A stretch of DNA of 64,000 nucleotides, taken from positions 43,586,001-43,650,000 of the forward strand of contig OX597831.1 in NCBI GenBank assembly GCA_951406725.2, written 5' to 3'. Below, one piece after another: positions 51,926 through 64,000 of this stretch. The translations under genes and the position numbers were made by a program. The notes under the pieces are model-generated. The model was not told the DNA's origin, did no database searches, and saw only the letters and a list, made by a program, of their open reading frames with translations. Position 1 is the stretch's first letter. Each line of letters starts with the position of its first letter. This DNA comes from Octopus vulgaris. Its lineage: Eukaryota.

Positions 51926-54900
51926 TTAAATTCAGTAAATTGTATCTGTAAAATGCCATATTTACCAGCGGGGGCACATGGCCCAGTGGTTAGAGCATTG
52001 GGCTCACAATTATGAGGTAGTGAGTTTGATTCCCGGACTGCACTCTATGTTGTATTCTTGAGCAAGTCACTTTATTTCACATCAGTCCAGTTCACTCAGC
52101 TGTGACGTCACTATGAGTTGTGACGTCACAGGTGCCAAGCTATATCAGCTTTTGCCTTTCCCTTGGATTACATTGCTGGCATGGAGAGGGGAGGTTGGTA
52201 TGCTTGAGCGACTGTTGGTCTTCCGTAAACAACCTTGTCAAGACTTGTGCCTCAGAGGGGAACTTTCTAGGTGCAATCCCATGGTCTTTCATGACCAAAG
52301 GAGATCTCTTTTAAGATATACTCTCACACAAAATACGCCCCTATTTTACAAATATATTTCATAGCAAAAACAAATTTAGTATATTTTATCCTAAATTCAC
52401 TGAAAGATATTTCAAAGTGGTTTCATAAGGGAAAATGCATAATTCTGTGAATGTAAATATAATACTGTAACAGTATACTGGAATAAAGTATAAAACTATA
52501 AATCTATCATGAATAAACTATGTTATATAAGATTGTATTTCAGCTTTATCTTCTTTCATTTCTTCTGTATGGCTGTTGATATTTTGCTCAGGAGAATTGT
52601 CATACAGGCTATAAAACTCATATTTCTGGCTGTGATGTTTTATGTAACCTCTGTTGACTACCAGGGTGCACACCATCACTATGATTTTGCTGTCATCCAC
52701 TCATTGCAAACAGCAGACAAATGGATGAAGTTTCATTAACACTCCATTCATCTTCTTGGGGAATTTTTCATTTGGGTCTTTTATCTTTCATCTTTTACAT
52801 GTTCCAGTCTTTAGACTGTGGGCTGGCCAAGCTGAGACACTGCCTCGAAGAATTGTTTTAGTTGAATGAATCAACCCCCAATACTATTTTTTTTATTGGT
52901 CTTTTTTTGCTGAACAGTTAAGTTATGGGAATGTATACATACCAACACTGGCTACTGAGTTGTGGCAATGGTGAGGGAAACACACACATGATGGACTTTT
53001 TTCAGATTCCATCTACCAAATCTACTCACAAGACTCTGATCCATCCAAGGTTATAGCAGAAGACACTTGTCTAAGGTGTCATACAGTGGGACTGAATCCA
53101 GAGTCATGTGGTTGGGAAGAAAGCTTCTTAGATGTTACACAGTCTTTGAATAATGTAAGACATGCATTAGGTGTGGATCATGTATGCTTAGGAAAGAGGC
53201 ACAATGAGATGATGTGACCTCTTCACATTACTACCGATGAACATGCAATTGTTTTTGTAAACAGAAAAGGAAAGATGGAGAGCCTCTAACAAATCAGAGA
53301 AGAATGTTGGAAAACCTTTATATATTTCAGGCACCAACAATATCATCTTTTGGGAAACAGCTGCTGCAGTCATACTCACCGAACTAACAACTGTCCATTC
53401 AGCTATCCAAATGGCAGGGTTTACATAGACTCACATTAGTTAACTATATCCTTCTGAAGATGGGCCTTTGTGCCTCAAATATAAAAAGGTTTTTCAACTT
53501 TCCTCTCAACATTGTTAAAAGCTCTTTTCTTTTCCTTTTTCATTTTTTATTCTACTTCTCTATCATGATGCTTCAAGCAATCTATACTGCTCTTCAATTT
53601 TGTTTGTGCCAACAGACTGAGACAGTTTGGCTTGTATTCAATATATTACTATTAGTAGTAGTAACAATTATTGTGCCAAGTGTACTTATGCTCCTCTGGG
53701 GTCTCAAGCTTACAACACTTGGCCTATCTATAATACAGCTATTTTAGATACAGAGCTATTTTTTTATGGGTTTAAAAACAGAAAAAGCTTATTTTATATG
53801 CTGGCAATTATAGCACATTATGCCCAGAGGAAAAAATAAAGAAAGCCTTGAAGAATGCAGCACACGTTATACATTGGTAGTTAAGTATTTTATCAGTCGA
53901 TGAGTTGATATCGAGAGTTAGATTGACTTTGTTTGAAGCGGGAGGAGAAATAAGCAAGAAAAAAGGGAGAAATATGAAGTATATTACAGGGTGTTATGTT
54001 CATAAACATAACAAATCATTCATGTTATGTAATCATACAGAAACAACATAAAAGGATTGTAGGAAATAAAGTAGGAGTGATGAAGGAAAAAAGAATCTAT
54101 CCAATAATGGAAGGATGTTTATAAAGGCTAGGAGTTAGAACCTTTCAGCAAGATGGGGGGAAAACAGAAACTGATATATATATATAAGAGACAACCGGCT
54201 ATATTACTACTGATCAATTACCGATTGAGTTCTGTGACTGATGTATGAATTATTCCGTAAGCCAGAACACAGCATTGTGTATATTAAAGCAGTAAGATTG
54301 CAGAGGATATCACAGAAAAAAATCTAGATGAAAGATGGGGAAGGTTTTAGAATCAAGATATAAGATTAAATATCAAGATATAAGATGAGAAGTAATCAAG
54401 AAGCAAAAAAAATGGTTTGTGGAATATTTCAAGGACTGGATTAGTTGGATTGGTAGAACAGGAGAACTCCTCCTCTTCTTCCTCTTAACATCTGTAATTC
54501 CATGCTGGCATGGGTCGGACAGCTTGATAGGCTCTGAGAGGTACAAGGGTTTGCATTGTGCTTCAGTGTCTGCTTTAGCAATGTTTCAATCACTGGATGC
54601 CCTTCTAAATGCTAACCACCTTACAACATGTACAGGGTGCTTTTTGCATGGCACCAGCATTAGTGAGGTCACCATGTAGCGTGCAAGGTTTCAAATCTGA
54701 GTTTAGGTGACGAGGGGTAAAAGCATGAAAGAAAGGGCCAAAGTAGGACAAGTTTCTTGTTATAATTCTCTATGTCTTGATTTCAAGTCCTACAAATGCT
54801 AATGTTGATTTTCATTCTTCTGGGGTTGATCAAATGAAGTACCAGAAATGAGTCAAGCACTGAGGGAAGGATGGGCTCGATCTATCAATTATATCCTCTC

Positions 54901-55424
54901 CCAAAATTTTGGCCTTGTACCAGCGTTAAAAATCAGTATTAGAGAAAGGATGATGAAGAAAATGATGTTGATGATGATAATGATATAATGTTTTCAAAGC
55001 AAAAATTTTTAAATAAAAGCTATTTTTTCTTCTGATAAATTGATAGAGTCTTTAATTCAAGTTTCTTCCAGATTACTGCATATCTGACATTCAGCTTATT
55101 TCAGTCTTGAATTAAGATTTCTATTCAGAGAATCTTGGGTTTCTTATCAGAACTAGAACATGTTTTGGATTTAAACAATTACAAACTCTACGTTAATCTT
55201 GCTAAGAAATACAGTTCCCATCCAAGATAGAACAGCACTTTGTGTCCAATATTCCAATAATATTTTTACTGTGACTGTGTGCACTGAAATTATCTTGTGT
55301 ACAAATTGTGTCTTACTTTACACAGTCGATATCCATCTTCAGTCAAAAAAGTTGGATTTCATCTTAAAAAAACTTACATGAGTAAAGTTTTCCCTTAGTG
55401 TGCTAATTTGTTAACATCTTTCAG

Positions 55425-56045
55425 GTGAGACGGCAAGATAGACTTCCAAACAAAGCCTCGTGGGAAGAGGAAAACCAGAAACCTTTGTTTGTTCCTTCTC
55501 GAGCCACGCCTGGCTCATAAGGGCCGGTTTCCCGGTTTCCTTGGCGTATAGGTTCCCCATCTGGATGGGACGCCGGTCCGTCGCAGGTGAGCTGCAAGAT
55601 GCAGGAGGAAAGAGTGAGAGAAAGCAGAAGTTCGCCATTATCTTCTGCTGGAGCTGTGTGGAGCATAGGTGTTTTACTCATAAACACACATATTGCCCAG
55701 TCTGAGATCCGAACCCACAATCCCTCGACCGTGAGTCCGCTGCTCTAACCAATAGGCCATGTGCTTCCAAAGAAACCTTTGGCAACCCAGATCAAAAGAA
55801 GGAAATAGGATTAGCTGGGACATCTTCTACAGAAACCTGTTTCTAACATTACAAAAATAGCCTTCCAATGGACACCTCAAGGGTACTGAAAACATGACAG
55901 ACCAAAAACAACACGGAGGAGGTTCACAGAAACTGAAGCACTGGCAAATGGTTACACTTGGGGACAGTTGAAACCCATTGCCAAAGGTTGAGACAGATTG
56001 AAATTTCTTGTAAGCACTCTATGCTCTACATGGAGTAAAAGGAAT
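55425..56045 (+). mobile_element. Old RTE-like LINE C-terminal fragment (second family), split by a SINE
   Basis: KPLATQIKRRK*D*LGHLLQKPVSNITKIAFQWTPQG...RPKTTRRR...TWGQL resembles RTE C-termini. Confidence 0.7.
55488..55770 (-). mobile_element. SINE family D nested in an RTE fragment
   Basis: 11-bp TSD agaaacctttg at 55477-55487 and 55771-55781. Confidence 0.88.
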
Positions 56046-56599
56046 GGCAAAGACATAAGCTGTAAAACATGTGTGCATGTACACAAGTACACAGATTAAA
56101 GGTTACATCGCTTGGATCACAGGTTCCCATGACCAAAATTTAAAAAAGATATTCAACTATTTAGAAAAATATCTCTCACTGGAAATTCTGCAGTTTTTGG
56201 CTAAACAACAAACTGGTTCAATGTTCTTAAAACTATTTCATTGTTACTCTAATCCAACAGTAAGTATCCCATAGCAACCGGTACCTCTTCGTCTAAATTA
56301 CATAAGATGCCACACTTCCACTCGCATTTAAACCAAACCAAATGATTGGAAATAAGTTAAATTTGAATTAATTTTACGTTGAAATTGGTGAACAAATTGT
56401 ATTGTTGCTTACAGGTTTCCTTTGGCTGAATCACAAATTTACAGCTTCTCTGATAGTGAAAAACAATTTTGTTCCTGAAAAGGATTTCATTCAGAAGCAA
56501 CTTATTTTTTTTACCAATATATTCATGCTTTGCTGATACACGTCAGTGAGAGAGATACATATGCACACACATACACATGCATACATACATACACACATA

Positions 56600-57020
56600 C
56601 TCTTTTACTTGTTTCAGTCATTTGACTGTGGCCATGCTGGAGCACCACCTTTAGTCGAGCAAATCGATCCCCAGGACTTATTCTTTGTAAGCTCAGTACT
56701 TATTCTATCGGTCTCTTTCGCCAAACTGCTAAGTTACAGGGATGTAAACACACTAGCATCGGTTGTCAAGTGATGTTGGGGGGACAAACACAGACACACA
56801 AACATATACACACACATACATATATATACATATATATATATACATATATATATATACATATATACGACAGACTTTTTTCAATTTCTGTCTACCAAATCCA
56901 CTCACAAGGCTTTGGTCGGCCTGAGGCTATAGTAGAAGACACTTGCCCAAGGTCTCACTGCGTGGCACTGAACCTGGAGCCATGTGGTTGGTAAGCAAGC
57001 TAGTTACCACACAGCCACTC
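56600..57020 (-). mobile_element. SINE family A, full length
   Basis: Reverse complement of the family A consensus. Confidence 0.85.
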
Positions 57021-57899
57021 TTCATTCTTTGATTATTGTCCATTGTTTTCATGTTAGCATAGTTTGTTGTTGTTGTTGGTGGTGGTGGTACATATCTGAA
57101 GCAGGAATCTATGGCTGGATGCTCTTCCTGTTGCTAACCTATACTTGTTTTTCAAGTAAGGGAATTCTTTTTATATTCCACAGTCCTTTGAAAGTACACA
57201 GCAATTGGCCATAATGCCAACAAGGAATGTAAACATCATTCATCTCCTTTTGCTCATGTGAAGACATCAACATTCTTCCACACACACACATACACACACA
57301 ACTCTGTACAGACACTTGAGCACATACATACAAGTATGCACACACACACACACACATAAAGGTACATACATCATGAGCATCTGTACACTTGCTTACTACC
57401 AATTTTCACACACAAAATATTGGTCAACCAAGTTTATAATAAAAAAAATATATGTCCAAAAAAGTTGTGGAGTAGGAATTGAACATGGAGCCATGAGATT
57501 GTGAAGCAAACGCTTTACCACACAGCTATGCATTACCTTCACTTCATTATTGCAATAAAATGGTAAAGTAAGCAGACTGCTGGACTCTGAAGTCATGAGG
57601 TATTGAGTTCCAGCCTATAGCAGGTCTTTTGCAGTTTATTTAAGCAAGAATACATTTTATAATTTTTACACACCTCAGATTCATTAAGCTCTTAAAGGCA
57701 AAGGGGTCTTATAGGCATATTATCTGTGATAGGATTATCAGATTTATTTGTTATCCACTGATAACTAGAAAACAACAGCTAAGCATTGACCCTGAGGATT
57801 ACCTAGAAGGTTATGGAGACATTTAGATTTTCAATTTGCTCTGCATATACCATCTACAAACACACAATATACATGTATATGGAATTTATATTCATACAT

Positions 57900-57922
57900 T
57901 CACACACACACACAAATGTATA

Positions 57923-57974
<52 letters not shown>

Positions 57975-58007
57975 ACATGTACAACATATATATATATATA
58001 TATAGAC

Positions 58008-58082
<75 letters not shown>

Positions 58083-58135
58083 TAAATATAGATATAGACA
58101 TATATATATAGAGAGAGATAGATAAATAGATATAC
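57900..58135. repeat. Long compound (TA)n/(CA)n microsatellite
   Basis: Directly visible; similar arrays at ~3182-3234, 15628-15733 and 26690-26780. Confidence 0.95.
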
Positions 58136-58800
58136 ATAGTCTTAGCTGTTGCACAACAAATATTCACAGAATATTTTTACAATTAAGTAAACAAATATAA
58201 GGACTGCATTGCATAAATAATATTTCAAGGATTAACACCCCCCCCCCCCCACACACACGTGTGTGTGTGCACGCGTGTGTGTGTGAGGGCACATGGCTTA
58301 GTGGTTAGGGCATTGCCCTTACAATTGCTAGATTGTGATTTCAAATCCTAGACTAGGTGGTGTGTCGCGTTCTTGAACAAGACACTTCATTGCACATTGC
58401 TCTACAACCACTTTGACACGTGACACATGGTGCACAGTGCACCTGTTCAGACAATGTCGATTCGATGGAGAGAGGGAGCTAATGTGTGGCACATGCATTT
58501 GATCACTATAAGCAAATCATCTGGGCAGGTCGTTCGGCAAATGTTGAACACTCATACATCATCTTTGACGGGAGAGTCCATCATATATATATATGTGTGT
58601 GTGTGTCTGTGTATTTATATGCACATATACATGTATGTATATACTTATACGTTCATATATATTATATATATACACACATACACACACACACGCATACTTA
58701 ACCATAACTCTTATCCCAACTTAATACATTCCTGTGTACATATATTTGTATGTATGTATGTATGAATGTATGTGTATATATATATGTATGTATGTGTGTA

Positions 58801-58850
<50 letters not shown>

Positions 58851-59047
58851 TAACGGGGAGGTTTACGAAAATAAACAAAAGACGAAGGCAGGTGGAGTAC
58901 AAACAAACAAATGTATTAGTATGGCGCTCAGGAATAGAAATAGAACAAGTCTTTTACGTTTCGAGCCTACGCTCTTCTACATAAAGATATACAGAAAAAA
59001 ACAAGGAGAGAAAAAAATGCGTGTAGGAGCTTACGATCTATCATGGC

Positions 59048-59088
<41 letters not shown>

Positions 59089-59456
59089 TATAAGGAGAAA
59101 GTAAGAAGTAAAATAAGCGAAAATGCACACTAGAAATCAAAAAAAGTAAAGGCTTTTTATGAAAATTAACAATAGATATATACAATTATATGAACTGAGG
59201 TAGGAATAAAAGTAATAACAGTCATTATTGTGAATTGTTAAAGAGATTTAAAAGCACTACTTGTTTGTTGTATTAATTTTCCCTGACCCTGGAAAGATAA
59301 AAAGTCAACTCACCCTTGATATGATTTGAACTCTACTTCAGACTAGGGCTGAAGTAGAGCTAAAAAAACAACATGCATACGCACACATACAACTGCATGA
59401 CACATTTGCCACATGTGCAAAACATTTGCAACACATGTACACAAACACACGTTTCT

Positions 59457-59686
59457 AAGGCGGTGAGCAGGCAGAAATGCTAGCGCGCTGGGCAAAATGC
59501 TTAGTATTTTGTCTGCCTTTACGTTCTGAGTTCAAATTCCACCGAGTTCCACTTTGCCTTTCGTCCTTTCGGGGTCAATAAATTAAGTACCAGTTTCGCA
59601 CAGGGGTCAAAGTAATCGACTTAATCCCTTTGTCTGTCCTTGTTTATCCCCTCTATATTTAGCCCCTTGTGGGTAATAAAGAAATA
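59457..59686 (+). mobile_element. SINE family B, full length
   Basis: Head AAGGCGGTGAGCAGGCAGAA, tail AATAAAGAAATA. Confidence 0.85.
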
Positions 59687-61203
59687 ACAAACAGACACAC
59701 ATACACACACACACGTACACACTTCACTCTATAGAACATTTACCACACGTGCAAATATTTGCTGAATATGTATGCACACACACACATGCATACACACCAA
59801 ACACACACACATACTCATGCATGCACAAACACAAGCGCACACAGACACACACACATACATGCATGCATAAAGACAGTTAAAAAGACAGAGAAAGAGAAAG
59901 AGAAGAAACGGAGATAAACAGAGATAGTGACAGGGAAAAAAAAAACATTGATGATTGTAAATAAAAAAAAATATCAGCTAATTGAAGTCCAAAAGCCCAA
60001 GGAAAATATTTAATAAAAATGTTTAGTAAAAATATTTAATAAAATAACTAAATATGTACAAGAATGTAAAAATTAGCCAGAAGGGGCAGGTTCACTAGTA
60101 CAGCTCTAGCAGTTCATTGTAACAGTCAAATTGTCTTCAAACAAACAACCTAATGTCTTTAACCCTTTTGTTACCATAATTCTAATGAAACACTCTGCCT
60201 ATGGGTTATTATTACTATTATTATTATTATTATTATTATTGTGGTTGTTGTTGTTATTTGAATAATTAAAAAAAAATAATCAGAAATTCAAAAGGATGGT
60301 TTAGTTGAATAACTAACTTTGCCATTATTAAGCCAATGCTTTAAATTTTAACATTCACAAAAGATTCTAAGATGAAAAAAAAATTTTAAATCGCAACGGA
60401 TGATTTTAATTTAAATATGATGATTTTTTTTTTTATATAAATGAGAGTGTTTTTTCAGGGTTATTTTTTTGTGTGCATTGCATGCAAGACTTGACGAACT
60501 GGTATCAAAAGAGTTGACTGAGAACTCTATAATTGAAGTTGCAAATGTTCGGACATGTTGCCCAAAATAATGATGAATCTTCCATGGGTTAAGAATTTTA
60601 ATTCTTTTGTTAGATTGGATTACCCTCTGTGCCACAGGTCTGCTGAAGCAGTTGTAAGCTTATGTGGTACAGGACTATACAACAGCAATGACAACAACAA
60701 CATCAACAACGATGAAGGAGTTTGAACCAATGAGGACAGTCACTATATAGTCATTCAACCAGCTAGAAATAGCAGCTAAATCTTCTTCAACTCCCACCCT
60801 ACTGCTTTAAAAAAATTGCTCACTGTGCAGCTGTGTGGTAAGAAGTTTGCTTCCCAACTACATAGTTCCAGGATCAGTTCCACTGTGTGGCACCTTGTGC
60901 AAGTGTCTTCTATTATAATCCCAAGTTGACCAAATACTTATGAATGGATGGAAAGTAAAAGAATGTATATGGATACATCTATGTGTATGTGACTTTATCT
61001 TTGTCTTTGTTCTCAACCACTGTCTGACAACCAGTGTTGGTTTGTTTACATCCCTGTAACCTAACGGTTCAACAAAAGAGTCTGATAGAATAAGTACCAA
61101 GCTTAGCAAGAATGTAAGTACTGCACTTGATTTGTTTGACTAAACCCTTCCAGGTGATGCCTTCCACACAGTTACACAGTTTCATTTCAATACTGACCTG
61201 CCT

Positions 61204-61650
61204 AAGGTGGCGGAGAGCTGGCAGAAACGTTAGCACGCCAGATGAAATGCTTAGTGGAATTTCATCTGCCACTAGTTCCTGAGTTCAAATTCCGCCGAGG
61301 TCGACTTTGCCTTTCATCCTTTTGGGGTCGATAAATTAAGTACCAGTTGCATACTGGGGTCGATCTAATCAACTGGCACCCTCCCCAAAAATTGCGGGCC
61401 TTGTGCCTAGAGTAGAAAAGCATATTGACCTGCCTTAGAATGTGGCGAACTGGCAGAAACATTAGCACACTTGTGAAATGCTTGGCGATATTTTGTCTGT
61501 CCTTATGTTGTGAGTTCAAATTCTGCTGAGGTCGACTTTGGCTTTCATCCTTTCAGGATTAATAAATTAAGAACAAGTTGTGTACTGGGGTTGATCTAAT
61601 CGACTGGCCCCCACCTCCCCCAAACTTTCGGGCCTGGAATAGAAAAGAAT
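61204..61650 (+). mobile_element. Two tandem family B SINEs
   Basis: Two head-to-tail copies, with TGACCTGCCT repeated before, between and after them. Confidence 0.85.
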
Positions 61651-62050
61651 GTTGACCTGCCTAAGGCTTGTAATATTTAGGGTAAAAACCCCCTTTGGTC
61701 ATGAATGACCATAGGATTGCACCTAGAAGGGTACCTTCTGTGGCACAAGTCCAGGCAATGTTGTTTGTGGAAGACCAGCAGTTGCCCATGCATACCGACC
61801 TCCCCTCTCCATGCCAACAATGTTACCCAAGGGAAGGGCAAAGTCCGATACAGCTTGACACAAGTGATGTTACAACTCATTTCTACAGCTGAGTGAACTG
61901 GAGCAACGTGAAATAAAGTGCAACAACATATGTAAAGTAACATTTTTGTTTTTGGTGTTGAATGTGTATCATATCATACAGAAAAGAAAGTAATATTTTG
62001 AATGTAGTATAGCTGTGAAAACAGCAGCAAGATTAGGCATTTTATCCTTA

Positions 62051-62465
62051 CATCATCATCATCATCATCATTTGACGTCCGCTTTCCATGCTAGCATGGG
62101 TTGGACGATTTGACTGAGGACTGGCGAACCAGATGGCTGCACCAGGCTCCAATCTGATCTGGCAGAGTTTCTACAGCTGGATGCCCTTCTTAATGCCAAC
62201 CACTCCGGGAGTGTAGTGGGTGCTTTTACATGCCACCAGCATGAGGGCTAGTCTGGCGGTACTGGCAACGGCCACGCTCAAATGGTGTTTTTTACATGCC
62301 ACCTGCACAGGAGTCAGTCCAGCGGCACTGGCAACGACCTCGCTTGAATGCTTTGTTCATGTGTCAGTAAGGCGATGCTGGTAATGATCACACTCAAATG
62401 GTGCTTTTTACATGCCACCAGTATGGAAGCCAGACAGCTGCTCTAGCAGTGATCCCCCTCGGACA
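62051..62465 (-). mobile_element. RTE-type LINE 3' UTR fragment
   Basis: Reverse complement of the ~37340-37745 RTE 3' UTR. Confidence 0.85.
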
Positions 62466-62953
62466 TGACAGGGGAAAAAAAAAAGCTATGTATTTAGCGT
62501 TTAATTTGCTGGACATAGTTGCTAGTGAGTAGTTTAGCTTAACTGGTAGACTACTCAGCCAGTATCTGGAGGTGTGGGTTCAAGTCTTGTGGCTGTCTGC
62601 TGACAACATTTTCTGTGATATTACGGTAAAAATCCAATCTTTCTGCTGTTTTCACAGCTATGTTGCTCTCAAAATATTACTTTCTTGCCTGTTTGAAATA
62701 AAGTGCCTTGCTAAAGAACAACACACAGCCCAGTCTGGGAATCGAACTCACTACCTCATGATTGTGAGCCTGATGCTCTAACCCCTAAGCCATATGCTTT
62801 CAGCTACAAAACTTAAACCAGGAACCATGTGGTTGGGAAGCGATCTTCTCACCACACAGCCATGTCTGCAGCTATAAAAAACAGATAACATAAAAAAAGC
62901 TTGAACAAAAGACAAAAAAAATATTAATTTTTAAATTTCAAAAATTTACTTAC

Positions 62954-63277
62954 CAGAGAAAGAAACAACATCAGATCATAAGAAATATACTGGCATATAA
63001 TATATAAAGTCCTTCTCTTGGACACGGCATGGAATTTATAATAGACATCATGGATACGATGGAATTAGAGTTCCAAATTCCATTCTAATGACTTCTTAGT
63101 TTTTAGGTTTCTTTTGTGTATGACATTCAAAAAAAAAAGTTATAAATTTATCCGGTTGTTCTTTGCTAACAGAAAGGTAGACACATTTGGTCTGCAGATA
63201 TGTCACACTGGAGCACGCCACGCCACGATGGAAAAACAGCTATCGTCTCATAAATAAAAGTTGGCATTGTTTTTTAT
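62954..63277 (-). other. Candidate spliced exon (324 nt), UTR or lncRNA-like
   Basis: Very strong acceptor (ttttttcttgtttctttcttccacag|) and consensus donor (CTG|gtaagt) bracketing unique sequence with only short ORFs. Confidence 0.55.
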
Positions 63278-63461
63278 CTGTGGAAGAAAGAAACAAGAAA
63301 AAAAATAGAGATATGAGAATATGAAAACAAAAAATAAAGAGGATAAAAAAAAACAACAAAAAGAAAGAACTCAATACATGAATTTTGGTCTATTCTTCAT
63401 TCAAACATTATTCGCTCATTCAGTAAGATAAAAGTTGGAATTGAATATATTTTTGTTGCCA

Positions 63462-63910
63462 ACATCATCACCATCACCATCACCATCACCACCACCTTCA
63501 TTGTCATCGTTAACATAATTACCACAACCACTACTGTTGTCGTCATCGCTGTCATCATCATTATCATTATTGTCGTCGTTATCATCGTCATCGTCATCAT
63601 CATCATCATCATCATCTTAGTCATCGTCTTCATCATTTTAGTCATCATCATCATTGTTGTCATTATCATCATCGTCATCACCAACACCACCACCACTACC
63701 CTTCTTCTCCTCCTCATCATCATCTGCATTTTAAGTCCATTTTTTCCATGCTGGCATGGGTTGGATGGTTCGATCGGATGCAACAGGTCAAAGAACCAAC
63801 TCCTACACCAATGTCTTTAGTTTTGGCACTGTTTCTATGGTTGGATGCCTTTCCTAATACCAACCACTTTACAGGGTGCCCTCAGTGCATTTTTCATGGC
63901 ACCAGCACTA
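63462..63910 (-). mobile_element. RTE tail fragment with ~260-bp expanded degenerate (CAT)n tail
   Basis: Trinucleotide array abuts TTTAAGTCCATTTTTTCCATGCTGGCATGGGTTGG. Confidence 0.8.
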
Positions 63911-64000
63911 TAAAGGATACCTTGCTATCAGCAATGTATATTTGTGTGTGTGTGTGTGTGTCTCCTTGTCTTGACAGTTTTAAACATGCATCAATGTCGT

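Noticed and set aside
53449-53490. Degenerate hammerhead-like pattern (cctt-CTGAAGA...gcc..AAAT...aagg); weaker ones near 8113-8150 and 34690-34735
   Set aside because: A core box or the cleavage-site geometry is broken; cannot be separated from chance by eye.
52509-53839. Several 60-95-aa ORFs in unique-looking sequence
   Set aside because: No recognisable domain or splice pattern; more likely decayed retroelement or chance ORFs.

Overview
AT-rich, repeat-saturated eukaryotic DNA. The SINE, RTE and microsatellite landscape points to a coleoid cephalopod, probably Octopus (inference). No intact protein-coding gene is supported: nearly all listed ORFs are read-throughs of microsatellites or retroposon copies. 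The window holds dozens of tRNA-derived SINEs from about four families (several with clean TSDs), many 5'-truncated RTE-type and CR1-type LINE ends, a decayed full-length DD37D (maT) Tc1/mariner transposon, a non-autonomous Helitron, several hAT/mariner-type MITEs, a dispersed 5S rRNA copy and two minisatellites that visibly grew out of retroposon sequence. The less obvious signals are four type I hammerhead-ribozyme motifs of the Penelope-associated kind (one inside a long inverted repeat), an ~100-bp R2-like endonuclease fragment fused to a SINE, several foldback hairpins, and well-formed minus-strand splice sites suggesting a spliced, mostly non-coding transcript across the window. Coordinates were read by eye and repeat boundaries are approximate.
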